From: Ignavibacteria bacterium
Lineage (GTDB): Bacteria; Bacteroidota; Ignavibacteria; Kapaibacteriales; UBA2268
DNA: 64,000 nucleotides
Reading direction: 5' to 3'
Assembly: GCA_026417135.1 (NCBI GenBank)
Contig: JAOADV010000013.1
Location: 1,142 to 65,141 of the forward strand
Under the pieces are notes generated by a model. That model worked only from the letters and a program-made list of their open reading frames with translations, had not been told where the DNA came from and made no database searches. This document shows positions 47,768 through 58,460 of the stretch, one piece after another; the stretch's first letter is position 1; every line of letters starts with the position of its first letter. The translations under genes and the position numbers were made by a program.

Positions 47768-49024
47768 TTATTTCTTTGCTCGTTTAACAACAATAATTGT
47801 TTTATCATCATTAACTTCTGTTTGCCCTTGGAAATTATGAACATCCTCGATTATCGAGTAAGCAATTTCCTTTGAATTCAAATCTTTGTTCTTACGTAAA
47901 AGTTCAACCAAACGGTCTTCGCCATAAATATTTCGCTGTGAGTCCAAAGCATCACTTATTCCGTCGGTGTAAAGTAAAAGAATATCGCCTATTCCCATTT
48001 GAATGTTTTCGACTTTAAAATTTTGTTCTGGAAGCAATCCAAGAAGACCACCAGTCGGAAGTAATTTCGAAATTTTGTCGTTTCTAGCTCGGTAATGGAT
48101 TGGAGCGCAATGCCCAGCGTTAACATATAGAACTAATCGGTTCGAGGTATTTGTCAACTCGCAATAAAAAAGAGTTACAAAACGTTCATACGGAAAAGCT
48201 TTATAAACTAAATGATTTAGTTTTTTGAATAAATCACTCATACGAATTGAGTAACTCCAGCCCATTCTCATTGCCCCAGAAACATAAAGGGCTTGGACTG
48301 CGGCAGAAAGACCCTTGCTGGCAGCATCGCTTATTACAATTCCAAGCCGTTCTTCTTCGCCTTCCATCTTCAAGTAATCAAAATAATCGCCCCCGACAGC
48401 ACTATCGGGAATGCAGACGCCAAAAATTTCATAATCCAAAAACTCGAGATAATGGTCTGGCAAAAGGTTCTTTTGTATTTGAGCAGCTTGGTACAAGTCG
48501 TCGCGAATCTTCTTTTTTTCGATATTATCAACTATGTTCTTAATCGATATCGTTGCAACACTACTAATTACTGTTAATGTTTCGATAAACTTCGAGTCTA
48601 TCTCCGGACCATTAAAACCCAAAAGATATTTGTAAAACTTACCATCACGGGTTCTTATGATTGGACCAACCCCAGAAGCCGAGTACATTTGAATTCCCTT
48701 TTCTTTTAAAAGCTTATCTGTTTCGATATTGACCATTGTGCGTTCAAATACAATTCTCGACAAAAACGGTTGGTCTTGGATGTATATTTTATAACCTTCT
48801 GGAATTTTTTCGACGTTCCCATATTGCATACGCAAGACGTAAGCCATTTCGTCGACGAGGAGTTCCCAAACGCGACCTCCAGTAATATTAAAGCCTTTAT
48901 GATTGACTAAATCCTTCACCAAACGCTTCAACAAAGCAAGTGGTTCTCGAAAATTTCCAGAGACAAGTTTTTCGACAACCTTATAAATTTCCCTTTGTTG
49001 GGAAATACTTATACTTTCTTCCAT
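47768..49024 (-). CDS. PP2C/SpoIIE (RsbU-like) phosphatase with N-terminal GAF-like region
   Basis: AAQIQKNLLP, VGGDYFD, ISDAASKG, YVNAGH, LYTDGISDA, DDKT. Confidence 0.92.
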   Translation of the reverse strand: MEESISISQQREIYKVVEKLVSGNFREPLALLKRLVKDLVNHKGFNITGGRVWELLVDEMAYVLRMQYGNVEKIPEGYKIYIQDQPFLSRIVFERTMVNIETDKLLKEKGIQMYSASGVGPIIRTRDGKFYKYLLGFNGPEIDSKFIETLTVISSVATISIKNIVDNIEKKKIRDDLYQAAQIQKNLLPDHYLEFLDYEIFGVCIPDSAVGGDYFDYLKMEGEEERLGIVISDAASKGLSAAVQALYVSGAMRMGWSYSIRMSDLFKKLNHLVYKAFPYERFVTLFYCELTNTSNRLVLYVNAGHCAPIHYRARNDKISKLLPTGGLLGLLPEQNFKVENIQMGIGDILLLYTDGISDALDSQRNIYGEDRLVELLRKNKDLNSKEIAYSIIEDVHNFQGQTEVNDDKTIIVVKRAKK

Positions 49025-49030
49025 TACTAA

Positions 49031-49213
49031 TTATTTCGTGTAAACAATTAAAAAAATGATAATAATCAAAATCAAAATCAAAAAAAAGACAAATTTAGTT
49101 AGTCTCTTGATAATTCCAAAGAGGACGGCTAAAAAAAGGAAGAAAAGGACAATTTGAAGAATAAGAGGAAGATTATCGAACCAATTGAAAATATCGTTAA
49201 TTGGGGACTGCAT
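49031..49213 (-). CDS. Small two-helix membrane protein
   Basis: 60-aa hydrophobic ORF packed tightly between co-directional genes. Confidence 0.65.
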   Translation of the reverse strand: MQSPINDIFNWFDNLPLILQIVLFFLFLAVLFGIIKRLTKFVFFLILILIIIIFLIVYTK

Positions 49214-49216
49214 AAA

Positions 49217-49981
49217 TTAACTCACACGGAAAGTAAAGGTAATTATACCATACATTTCTTTGTTTTCTTTTAATCTATTGAAGCGCCACTGACGGAGGGC
49301 TTCCATTGCTGCTCTTTCGAGAACAGGGTCTCCCTTTTGTAATGGAACCATACTTATAACTGAACCGTCGGCCGAGACGGTAAAACGAATCTTAATTTGT
49401 GCATTTACATTATAACCTGTCGGGTATTTTGGCAAAACCTTGTATAGAACAATTCTATTTCCACCACCGCCCCATTCGATTTCTCCAAGACCGTAGCCGG
49501 AACCCGGACCTAAACCTTCTTCGCCAAGGCCTGTTCCTTGACTGCCATCGGGTTTACCTATATCGCGAGCACCAGTCCCATCGCTTTTTTTATCACCAGA
49601 TTCACTCGATAATTTCTCGACTGGTTTTATTGTTTTCGCTAAAAGTGGGTCGTCGATTTCCGATGGTGTTGCTCCTCGTTTAGCTGCAACGCTAGCGTCT
49701 TCCAATTGGTTGACAGGAGATTTACCTTTATGGGCAGCCCCTTCTTGCGATAAATTCCCTTTGCTTAACCCAGTTCCATCGCCAAGACCAAAATTAATTA
49801 GTTCAAGCGGTATCAACTTTACATCGTTCTTGGGTGTCGCTGTTGGTTCAACTTGACACATCGAGACGATAAAAACCAAAACTGAATGTATCGCAAGAGA
49901 AATTGCAAAACCTCTTGCTGTATTCGGGTCCCAATGAAATTTAATTTGTATTTGTTTCTCTTCTTGAAAGCCTTTGTACAT
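49217..49981 (-). CDS. TonB family energy transducer
   Basis: TM helix with SLAIH (SxxxH), Gly-rich linker, C-terminal PKYP...IRFTVSADGSV...AAMEALRQWRF. Confidence 0.88.
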   Translation of the reverse strand: MYKGFQEEKQIQIKFHWDPNTARGFAISLAIHSVLVFIVSMCQVEPTATPKNDVKLIPLELINFGLGDGTGLSKGNLSQEGAAHKGKSPVNQLEDASVAAKRGATPSEIDDPLLAKTIKPVEKLSSESGDKKSDGTGARDIGKPDGSQGTGLGEEGLGPGSGYGLGEIEWGGGGNRIVLYKVLPKYPTGYNVNAQIKIRFTVSADGSVISMVPLQKGDPVLERAAMEALRQWRFNRLKENKEMYGIITFTFRVS

Positions 49982-50372
49982 TTTCTCCCCCAACCCCAAC
50001 TAAGACAAAAATACAAAATTTATTTTTCTTAATCTAATCATTTGTTTTATCGCATGTTGTAAGTATATACACGAAAAATTGCCGAAATTGTTTCTTAAAA
50101 ACAAATGTGGCGTAAATAAGTGTATCGAGACAGAATTCGAACAAAGCCTGTAATCTTTCATAATTAAAAGAGGGAGGTAAAATTAAAATTTTTAAAACAC
50201 AACCCGAAGGTAGAAAGAATCCTTTTTTAGCCAACTAATTAGGTATAAAATTAAGAAGGCGGTAAACGAAGCAACTACTTTTTTTTTCGTAATTTTTCCG
50301 ATAATTTGTTTGTATTTTAGATGTTTGGGTTAATTTTCGATTTCGTATTGCTTTTTTTACTAATTTAATTTT

Positions 50373-51338
50373 ATGGTCGAAAATAAAGTTTTTAACGAAA
50401 TTTCGTTGCTTGCAACCGAGAAAAATAATCCTCGTACGAAAAATATCGATATAGCCACAACTGAACAAATACTTCGATTGATAAACGACGAAGATAAACT
50501 TGTCCCCCTTGCTGTCGAAAAGGTAATTCCAAAGATTGCCGAAGCAGTCGAGCTAATTGTGGATACTTTTCGAAGCGGTGGACGATTGTTTTACATTGGA
50601 GCTGGAACAAGTGGGCGGCTTGGAATACTCGACGCAGCGGAGTGTCCGCCGACTTTTGGAACGGACCCAGAAATGGTTCAAGGAATTATTGCTGGTGGGA
50701 AAGCAGCAGTATTTCGGGCACAAGAAGGAGCCGAAGATAACGAAGAAAGTGGGCGCTGCGTTATCGATGAGTATAAAATTACCGAAAAAGATATTATAGT
50801 TGGGATTGCAGCATCGGGAAGAACTCCTTTTGTCAAGTCTGCTCTCCGCAAAGCAAAGGAAAGAAATATAAAGACTATACTAATTGCAACAATACCCGAA
50901 GAACAAGTTAAATCGATGGATATGATTGCCGATATCTATATATGTCCAGTTGTGGGTCCCGAAGTTATTGCTGGCTCGACAAGGATGAAAAGTGGAACAG
51001 CTCAGAAGCTTGTTTTGAATATGCTTTCGACAGCCTCGATGATAAAATTGGGTAAAACGTACAATAATATAATGGTCGATTTGCAATTAACAAGCAACAA
51101 GTTGAAAGAGCGTGCGAAGAAAATAATTATGGACATTTGTAATGTTGACTACAAGGCCGCCTCGAATTATTTGAAGGAAGCGGACGGCAAAGTCAAAGTA
51201 GCTTTGCTGATGATACTTGGAAATCTCGATAAAGAAAATGCCAAGAATTACCTCGAAAAGGCAAATGGTTTTATTAAAATTGCTTTGGATTTGATAAAAA
51301 AGGAAGATGCAAACCAAAAGTGTAATCAGTGTTCGTAA
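50373..51338 (+). CDS. murQ: N-acetylmuramic acid 6-phosphate etherase
   Basis: GAGTSGRLGILDAAECPPTFG, EGAED, AASGRTP, GSTRMKSGTAQKLVLNMLST. Confidence 0.97.
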   Translation: MVENKVFNEISLLATEKNNPRTKNIDIATTEQILRLINDEDKLVPLAVEKVIPKIAEAVELIVDTFRSGGRLFYIGAGTSGRLGILDAAECPPTFGTDPEMVQGIIAGGKAAVFRAQEGAEDNEESGRCVIDEYKITEKDIIVGIAASGRTPFVKSALRKAKERNIKTILIATIPEEQVKSMDMIADIYICPVVGPEVIAGSTRMKSGTAQKLVLNMLSTASMIKLGKTYNNIMVDLQLTSNKLKERAKKIIMDICNVDYKAASNYLKEADGKVKVALLMILGNLDKENAKNYLEKANGFIKIALDLIKKEDANQKCNQCS

Positions 51339-52059
51339 TTTATCTGTTGTTTATGGTAATTCAGTAATTTTAAAAGACATAAACTTCGATGTTTATTCTG
51401 GCGAAAAGTTTGTTATTGTCGGAGGCAGTGGTAGCGGAAAAAGTACATTACTTCGACAAATAATCGGGCTCGAAAGACCAACAACTGGAAGCATTTTTAT
51501 CTTTGGCGAAGATTTAACCCAAGCTGAAAGCAAGAAAAGAGAAAAGATTTTGCAAAACTTCGGAGTACTTTTCCAATCGAGTGGCTTAATTTCTTCGATG
51601 ACATTATTTGAAAACATAGAGTTGCCCTTAAGAGAATTTACAAAATTGAACAGTGACCGAATAGAACACTTGGTTAAATTAAAGCTTAAACTTGTCGGTT
51701 TGGAAGGTTACGAAGAACACTACCCTTCGCAATTAAGTGGTGGAATGAGAAAGCGCGCTGGTATTGCTCGGGCATTAGCATTAGACCCGCCTATTCTTTG
51801 TTTGGACGAGCCTTCGTCGGGCTTAGACCCCGTTACGTCGGCTTCCTTAGATGAACTGATAATAAATTTAAATATTTCACTCGGAATAACCATTGTGGCT
51901 GTTACCCACGAGCTTTCAAGTATTTCAAAAATTGCCGACAGAATAATTATGTTGGACAAAAATACGAAAACAATCATTGCATCGGGGAGCTTTCAAGAAT
52001 TAGTAAACTACAAGTCAAATAAACTCGTTTACAATTTTTTTAATAGAATTCCTGCATAA
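51307..52059 (+). CDS. ABC transporter ATP-binding protein (MlaF/Ttg2A-like)
   Basis: GGSGSGKST, LFQS.GL..SMT, LSGGMRKRAGIARALALDP, DEPSSGLDP. Confidence 0.88.
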   Translation: MQTKSVISVRNLSVVYGNSVILKDINFDVYSGEKFVIVGGSGSGKSTLLRQIIGLERPTTGSIFIFGEDLTQAESKKREKILQNFGVLFQSSGLISSMTLFENIELPLREFTKLNSDRIEHLVKLKLKLVGLEGYEEHYPSQLSGGMRKRAGIARALALDPPILCLDEPSSGLDPVTSASLDELIINLNISLGITIVAVTHELSSISKIADRIIMLDKNTKTIIASGSFQELVNYKSNKLVYNFFNRIPA

Positions 52060-52061
52060 GT

Positions 52062-52400
52062 ATGATTAAAATTGTATTCTTAGTCTTATCCGTGCTTTAT
52101 GTCTTGCCGGGTTGCAGCGAAGAGAAGTTCACTGCCGAAGAAAAGAAGTTCATTGCAACATACAAAGAAATATTACTTGCTCGCTATACAATTGCAGATT
52201 CAACCGAGGCAGATAAAGAGGTTAAGAAGATTCTGAAGAAAAACGGGTACACTTTTCGAGAATTTCTAAACAAATCTATCGAAATTCGTTCGAGAGACCC
52301 AAAGAAATTCAATGAAATTATAGATTCAATTCGAACAACGGCGATAAACGAAATAATAGAGGCAAAGAAAAAAGAGTTTGGTCAGCCTTCCCAACGATAA
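52062..52400 (+). CDS. Small helical lipoprotein (DUF4296-like)
   Basis: Lipobox LPGC; helical domain ...ILKKNGYT..EF. Confidence 0.65.
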   Translation: MIKIVFLVLSVLYVLPGCSEEKFTAEEKKFIATYKEILLARYTIADSTEADKEVKKILKKNGYTFREFLNKSIEIRSRDPKKFNEIIDSIRTTAINEIIEAKKKEFGQPSQR

Positions 52401-53287
52401 CCTCGAAGAAATTCTTCAATTTTCAAAACTTTTCGTCCTTCGAGTTGAACTTCCCGAGGCAAAATGTATCCATTTTTGCAAGAAAAAGCAAACTGCCCAT
52501 CGATATAGTGAATCTCGCCCAAATCAAAATTATGCTCCTTTTCCAAATAGTCGCATCTTAATATTTTAAAACGCTTACCTTTCAAAAAAGTCCAAGCACC
52601 CGGCTTGGGAGAAACGCCGTGGATAAAATTTCGCAATTGCTTGGCTTCCATCTCCCAGGTTATTCGACACATTTCTGGATTAATTTTAGGAGCTCGAGTT
52701 GCAAGACTATCGTCTTGTTTTCTAAGCTCGTAGTTGCCACTTGCCAGGAGTTTGCAAGTTTGGACTGCAATTTCCCCAGCAATAGGAGCGAAAAAGTCGT
52801 GTAAATCCCCAGCCGTGAAGTTTTCGGGAATTTCGTATTCCCATTGCAATACGATATTTCCAGCGTCAACTTCTTCTTTCAAAATGAAAGTAGTAATTCC
52901 AGTTTTAGTTTCTCCATTAATTATTGTCCAATTTATTGGTGCTGGTCCCCTAAATTTTGGCAAAAGGCTGGGATGTACATTAAACGAAGCAATTCTAGCT
53001 TTGGTAAAAACCTCGGTTGGAAGAATACGAAAAGCAACGACAACGATAATGTCGGGGGCAATTTCTTCGAGCAAACGCAAGAAAGTTTCGTCCTTCAATT
53101 TTTCGGGTTGAGCGATTGGAATTCCCAATTCTATTGCTTTTAATTTTACTGGTGGGGGGCTAAGCTTTAAGCCTTTACCTGCGGGTTTGTCGGGATTTGT
53201 TACAACCAATTTTACACCAAATTCTTTGTGTAAAGTTTCCAGCGTCGGTATTGCGAATTCTGGTGTGCCCATAAAAACTATTTTCAT
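52382..53287 (-). CDS. fmt: Methionyl-tRNA formyltransferase
   Basis: IVFMGTPEFA, VVTNPDKPAG, NVHPSLLPKFRGPAPI, DAG. Confidence 0.97.
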   Translation of the reverse strand: MKIVFMGTPEFAIPTLETLHKEFGVKLVVTNPDKPAGKGLKLSPPPVKLKAIELGIPIAQPEKLKDETFLRLLEEIAPDIIVVVAFRILPTEVFTKARIASFNVHPSLLPKFRGPAPINWTIINGETKTGITTFILKEEVDAGNIVLQWEYEIPENFTAGDLHDFFAPIAGEIAVQTCKLLASGNYELRKQDDSLATRAPKINPEMCRITWEMEAKQLRNFIHGVSPKPGAWTFLKGKRFKILRCDYLEKEHNFDLGEIHYIDGQFAFSCKNGYILPREVQLEGRKVLKIEEFLRGYRWEG

Positions 53288-53363
53288 AATCACAAGGTTA
53301 ATTTTTTATTAAAAAATCATATTTTGCAAAAATATAGAATAATGTGAACAATTTTGTTTAATT

Positions 53364-55865
53364 ATGGCAAAACAAAATATAAAGAAGGGTGCAAAGAAAA
53401 AAGAAATAATACCATCCAATTTTCAAGGCTTATTTGCAATCTTAACAATTTCCATTCTACTTTTTATTTTCTTTTGGGGACCTTTGACTGGGGGTGGATT
53501 TATCGACTTCGATAACCTTTCTTCTCTTGCTTTTCGACCATTTATTGAACAAGCAAGTAAAAAAGGTGAGTTTCCACTTTGGACTCCACTTATTTTTAGT
53601 GGTATGCCAGCTTATGCCTCGCTTTTGGTTACGGGGCAAAGGACTTGGGATATAATTGCACAAATTATAACAAATTTTTCGGTAGGGTTTGGTGGTATCT
53701 TTGGAGGCGACCTTGCAAGAGTTCTCTTTTTCTATATCTTGTATGGCATTGGCATATATTGGTTGATGAGATATAAAAACTTCCCAAAACTTATTGCATT
53801 ATTTTCTTCCTTTGCTGCAATATTTTCTACTTATGTAATAACTTGGGTAATGATTGGGCACAACACCAAGCCAATTGTTGTTGCAATGTTTCCATATACC
53901 ATACTATTTTTCGAAAAATTGAAGCAGAAGTTTAATCTTTTAGATTTTGGTTTATTGACAATTGCTTTTGCAATTATGTTCATAGGAAATCATCTCCAAA
54001 TGATTTTCTATGGTGGCTTGATTTTGGCTGTTTATATAATTTACGACATCGTTGCTGGTCTGTTCAAGAAAGAAAAAATATTAGGAAAAATTAGGGCGGT
54101 TCTCCTAACTGCAGTTTCGCTTGGGTTTGCGTTTTTGATGTCGGCCGATAGGTACTTTTCGACCTTCGAGTACGCACCATATTCGGTTCGAGGTTCAGCA
54201 CCTATTGAAAAGATACAAAAAGATGAAAGTAAGCAAGCCAACCAAAGCGATTACGAATATGCGACAATGTGGTCCATTAGCCCCGAAGAACTTTTCACTT
54301 TCCTTGTCCCAAGCTATTTTGGCTTTGGTATTCGTGAATACCGAGATACAAAAGTATCCACCTATTGGGGTAAAAAGGAATCCGAAGATTCACCACCATA
54401 TATGGGAATTCTTGTTATAGGCTTTGCTATCCTGGGGTTGATTTTTTATAGAAAAGAAACTTTTGTCCAAGCACTTTTCATCGTTATCCTTTTGGGAATT
54501 TTCCTTTCCTTTGGCAAATACTTACCTTTCCTGTATAATCTGTTTTATAACTACTTTCCTTCGTTTAGTAAATTCCGGGCGCCTTCGATGGCTTTAATCC
54601 TTGTTCATTTTTCAATTCCAATCCTTGCTGGCTACGGCTTAAAAAGTTTAATTAATTTCAAAACGGAATTTCTGCGGAACAAACGTTTACAATTTTGGTT
54701 AGTTTTTATTCCATTTCTTTTTCTTCTTCTTGCATTCTTTTTCTCAGCTTTTATGAAGACCCCATATATTAATGCTGTTGCCAACTCAGAAGTGTATCAA
54801 AGATTAGCAAATACCTACGGGCAAAATGTTACATTCGAGTTGCAAGAATTTGTTTGGGGGAAAACAATTCAAGATTGGTATCTGAACGCATTGTTTTTAC
54901 TTGCGTCGGCAATTCTTGCTGTTTTATTTGTAAAAGATAAAGTCAAGTACTTATCGTTAATGGTTTTTATTGGTATACTAACAGTTATTGATTTGTTCCG
55001 TATCGATTATGAACGGATGGAATATTCCGAAAAGATAAGTTACAAAGACGTCTTTGCAGAAAGAGAAGATATATACGATTTCATTAAAAAGGACCAATCG
55101 GTTTATCGAATTGCAGATTTTTCGGTGAACCCTGCAAATCTTACCGCTTACTATTTAGTCGAAAATATCAATGGATACCACGCTGCAAAACTTCGTGTCT
55201 ATCAAGATTTGCTCGATGTTGCTAATATGGAGGGGATGGAAGGTTCAACCTCCCAACTCTATAATCCTTTTATGTGGAATTTACTGAATGTAAAATATAT
55301 TATTTTTAATCGAAAAATTGAGGGGCTGGTGCCAATCTACCAAGGACAAAGGGCGCAAGCAATCGTATATCCGAACCCGAGTGCTTTCGAGCGAGCCTTT
55401 TTTGTAAGGAAGGCAGTTGTAGCCAAACCAATTGATATATTATACCATTTAAAACGTGGCGATTTTAACCCACGAGACACAGTTTTTGTCGAAAAACCTA
55501 TTGCCGAAGAGAAAATAGGATTCGATACGAATGCAACCGCAAGTATTATCGAAAAACGTAACGACTATATAAAAATTAAAACGCAAACAAGCGAGAAATC
55601 CCTACTCTTTCTTTCCGAAGTTTACTACCCATACTGGCGTGCCTATATCGATGGTAAAGAAGTCGAAATAATTAAAGCAAATTATGCCTTTCGCGCTGTT
55701 GTCGTTCCTTCTGGCGAACACATACTCGAAATGAAAATAATTTCCCCAGGGTTCGAAAAAGGTAAGACTTTTTCTTTACTTGCAAATGTTATCACACTTG
55801 TGGTAATAGCAATAGGAATTTTTTGGAATTTGCAAAGTAGGAAAACCAATTCGCAAGAGATTTAA
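53364..55865 (+). CDS. YfhO-family (GT-C) multi-pass membrane protein
   Basis: PLWTP..FSGMPAY, NHLQM, SVRG, FRAP, GYHAAKL..YQDL, SEVYYP.WRAYIDG, ANYAFRAV. Confidence 0.88.
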   Translation: MAKQNIKKGAKKKEIIPSNFQGLFAILTISILLFIFFWGPLTGGGFIDFDNLSSLAFRPFIEQASKKGEFPLWTPLIFSGMPAYASLLVTGQRTWDIIAQIITNFSVGFGGIFGGDLARVLFFYILYGIGIYWLMRYKNFPKLIALFSSFAAIFSTYVITWVMIGHNTKPIVVAMFPYTILFFEKLKQKFNLLDFGLLTIAFAIMFIGNHLQMIFYGGLILAVYIIYDIVAGLFKKEKILGKIRAVLLTAVSLGFAFLMSADRYFSTFEYAPYSVRGSAPIEKIQKDESKQANQSDYEYATMWSISPEELFTFLVPSYFGFGIREYRDTKVSTYWGKKESEDSPPYMGILVIGFAILGLIFYRKETFVQALFIVILLGIFLSFGKYLPFLYNLFYNYFPSFSKFRAPSMALILVHFSIPILAGYGLKSLINFKTEFLRNKRLQFWLVFIPFLFLLLAFFFSAFMKTPYINAVANSEVYQRLANTYGQNVTFELQEFVWGKTIQDWYLNALFLLASAILAVLFVKDKVKYLSLMVFIGILTVIDLFRIDYERMEYSEKISYKDVFAEREDIYDFIKKDQSVYRIADFSVNPANLTAYYLVENINGYHAAKLRVYQDLLDVANMEGMEGSTSQLYNPFMWNLLNVKYIIFNRKIEGLVPIYQGQRAQAIVYPNPSAFERAFFVRKAVVAKPIDILYHLKRGDFNPRDTVFVEKPIAEEKIGFDTNATASIIEKRNDYIKIKTQTSEKSLLFLSEVYYPYWRAYIDGKEVEIIKANYAFRAVVVPSGEHILEMKIISPGFEKGKTFSLLANVITLVVIAIGIFWNLQSRKTNSQEI

Positions 55866-55924
55866 AATTTTAATTCTTTTTCAAGTTTTACTTTGTTATT
55901 AGAAAAATATTGGATTCAAATATA

Positions 55925-57001
55925 TTAATGTTTTCTTTTTGGTTCAAATTCCATTACCGCTTGATAGACAGCGTCGACAATTTCTTCTTCTTTTACTTTA
56001 CGGATAATTTCTCCGTTTACAAAAAGAATACCAACTCCTTTACCAGCAGCAATACCAATGTCTGCTTCTCGTGCTTCGCCAGGTCCGTTGACAGAGCACC
56101 CGAGAACAGCCACTTTAACTGGTTTCCTTAAATTTTGTAATTTCTTTTCTAATTCTTCGGTGATTTTAAACAAATCCACGTCGAGTCGCCCACAAGTTGG
56201 ACAAGAGATTAATTCAACAGTTCTTTGTGCAAGTCCAAGAGTGCGAAGTATTTCCTTGCCTACCTCAACTTCTTTTTCGGGTTCTGCAGTTAACGAAACT
56301 CGTATCGTATCGCCAATGCCTTCGGCAAGCAAAGTTCCAATTCCAACAGCGGACTTAATTGTACCGACTTTTTCTCTTCCAGCTTCGGTTACACCAAGAT
56401 GAAGTGGGAAATCGGTGGCTTCGGCAATATAGCGGTAGGCTTCTATCATCAGTGGTACATTTGTGCTTTTGACAGAAATGACTATATCTTCAAATCCTAA
56501 TTCTGTGCAGTATTTTATATGTCGCATAGCACTTTCGTAAAGTGCCTCGGCGGTTGGATATCCAAACTTTTCTAATAAGTCCTTTTCGAGCGAGCCACTA
56601 TTGACTCCAATTCGGATAGGTATTTTTCGTTTCTTCGCTGCTTCGATTACTTCTTTGATTCTTTCTTTCGAGCCAATATTGCCGGGATTGATTCGAACTT
56701 TTGCAACACCAGCTTCGATAGATGCAAGAGCATAAATATGGTTGAAATGTATATCTGCAACGATTGGGATATCGACTCGACGAACGATTTCGCTGATTGC
56801 CGAAGCAGCTTCGCGGTCGTTAACCGTTACGCGAACAATATCGGCACCTACCTCTTGACATCTTTTAATTTGTGCAACAGTTGCTTCGATATCGGCAGTT
56901 TTGGTTTTTGTCATCGTTTGCACAGATATCGGGGCTCCACCACCAATTGGTATTCCACCGACAATAACTTGGCGAGACTTTCGACGGGGATATCTTAGCA
57001 T
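55925..57001 (-). CDS. ispG: 4-hydroxy-3-methylbut-2-en-1-yl diphosphate synthase
   Basis: VADIHF, RINPGN, RIGVNSGSL, PLHLGVTEAG, SCPTCGR, GCSVNGPGEA. Confidence 0.98.
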   Translation of the reverse strand: MLRYPRRKSRQVIVGGIPIGGGAPISVQTMTKTKTADIEATVAQIKRCQEVGADIVRVTVNDREAASAISEIVRRVDIPIVADIHFNHIYALASIEAGVAKVRINPGNIGSKERIKEVIEAAKKRKIPIRIGVNSGSLEKDLLEKFGYPTAEALYESAMRHIKYCTELGFEDIVISVKSTNVPLMIEAYRYIAEATDFPLHLGVTEAGREKVGTIKSAVGIGTLLAEGIGDTIRVSLTAEPEKEVEVGKEILRTLGLAQRTVELISCPTCGRLDVDLFKITEELEKKLQNLRKPVKVAVLGCSVNGPGEAREADIGIAAGKGVGILFVNGEIIRKVKEEEIVDAVYQAVMEFEPKRKH

Positions 57002-57017
57002 TTTTTTACCAGAATTG

Positions 57018-57959
57018 TTATAGTCGTTTACTCAGTTCAAGAAGTATTCTCTTTTCTTTTTCTGTTAGGCTCTGGTAGCCACGTTCAGAGATTTTGTCTA
57101 AAATTCTATCTATAACATCTTGGGTAATTTCTTCGCCTTCGAAGGAGAAAAATGTTCGTTTAGGTTTTGCATCGTAAACCTCGAAAATATCGTCCTCCTC
57201 GTAAAATTCGCGTCGAGGGGTTGTGGTCTTTCGTATGAAGAAGGTTGGTCGCCGATGAATTTCGAAATGCCGACGGGAACCTCCAGTAATTCGGTCAACA
57301 GCACTATACAAGCCTATTTGGTCTCCGAACTTAAGCAAAAAGAAACCAGTTATGGCACCTCCAAGATGTGCTATATGAGCAACATTTCCAGCGGACCCAG
57401 TAATACCAAGTATAAAAGCAAGCCCAGCGTATAGAATTACAAAGAACTTAGCTGGAATTGGAATAAAAATAGGGAACATAAAAACTGGTCTATCGGGAAA
57501 TGTAAACCCAAAAGCAACTAAAACTCCGAAAACAGAGCCGGATGCACCAATAGTTGGCAAAGGTTCAGAAAAAATTGGGGCGATAAACAATTGAAACAAG
57601 CCAGCACCGATACCAGAAAGAAGATAAAAAGTAAGAAATTTACGGCTACCCCAAATCGATTCTAACTCAATTCCAAACATCCAAAGGGCGAATAAATTGA
57701 AAAAGAGATGGAAAATGCCCCCGTGAATGAATTGATAAGTAATTAGCTGCCAAATGAAGAAATTATCGCCTTGAATTGGATTTAAGTAGAAGTATTTTGC
57801 AAAGTATCGGGAAAGAGGCACCCCTTCGATATGATAGATATTTAAAAATAGAAATTCAAACAAAAAAATTGCTACATTAATTATTAGCAAAGCTTTTATT
57901 ACTGGTGGGAAGAGAGCTCCGCCCCAGAAACCATTTTTGAAAAAAACTTTATTTTCCAT
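57018..57959 (-). CDS. Rhomboid family intramembrane serine protease with C-terminal helical domain
   Basis: WQLITYQFIH, HLFFN, GASG, AHIAHLGG; C-terminal IDRILDKIS..GY.SLT..EK. Confidence 0.93.
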   Translation of the reverse strand: MENKVFFKNGFWGGALFPPVIKALLIINVAIFLFEFLFLNIYHIEGVPLSRYFAKYFYLNPIQGDNFFIWQLITYQFIHGGIFHLFFNLFALWMFGIELESIWGSRKFLTFYLLSGIGAGLFQLFIAPIFSEPLPTIGASGSVFGVLVAFGFTFPDRPVFMFPIFIPIPAKFFVILYAGLAFILGITGSAGNVAHIAHLGGAITGFFLLKFGDQIGLYSAVDRITGGSRRHFEIHRRPTFFIRKTTTPRREFYEEDDIFEVYDAKPKRTFFSFEGEEITQDVIDRILDKISERGYQSLTEKEKRILLELSKRL

Positions 57960-58007
57960 TTATTCAAAACTAAAAACTTACAAAACGAAACAAAAGTTGT
58001 TAAATTT

Positions 58008-58400
58008 CTAATTAAGGTAAATTTTTGGAAAATCCAAAGAGTTTAGGTTTTTTTTCAAAAACTTGTAGAGTCTATCCCAATTTTCTAAAAATTCGTACCA
58101 ATTGAGCATAAAGATTTCTGGGTTTTCTTCGAAATTTTTCCAATTCAAAGTCAAATTTGTCAAAGTCTGTTCAAAATTAACTATTAAGTCGGGGTCCAAT
58201 TCTTTCGGTTTCCTTTCTTTTAAATATATGTGGATAAAGGGAGTGAACTGATGAACAAAAAATAGAACAAGTGTAATGGACGCTATTAAGTGTGGCGATG
58301 ACTCTTTGGAATTGACTAAGTGGTTAACTATATCTGTTGTCTTATGTATAATTGAATTAACTAATTGAAACTGCCTATTTTCGTCGATTAAATACTTCAT
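58008..58400 (-). CDS. Hypothetical protein
   Basis: 130-aa helical ORF, co-directional with its neighbours; no recognisable motif. Confidence 0.6.
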   Translation of the reverse strand: MKYLIDENRQFQLVNSIIHKTTDIVNHLVNSKESSPHLIASITLVLFFVHQFTPFIHIYLKERKPKELDPDLIVNFEQTLTNLTLNWKNFEENPEIFMLNWYEFLENWDRLYKFLKKNLNSLDFPKIYLN

Positions 58401-58460
58401 TGCACATACTTTTAAACTAACCATTGATAAAGAATATTAAAGACTAAAATTATTTTATTT

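Noticed and set aside
50000..50372. ncRNA or small ORFs in the tonB-murQ gap
   Set aside because: No recognisable RNA motif; the short ORFs lack protein-like features.
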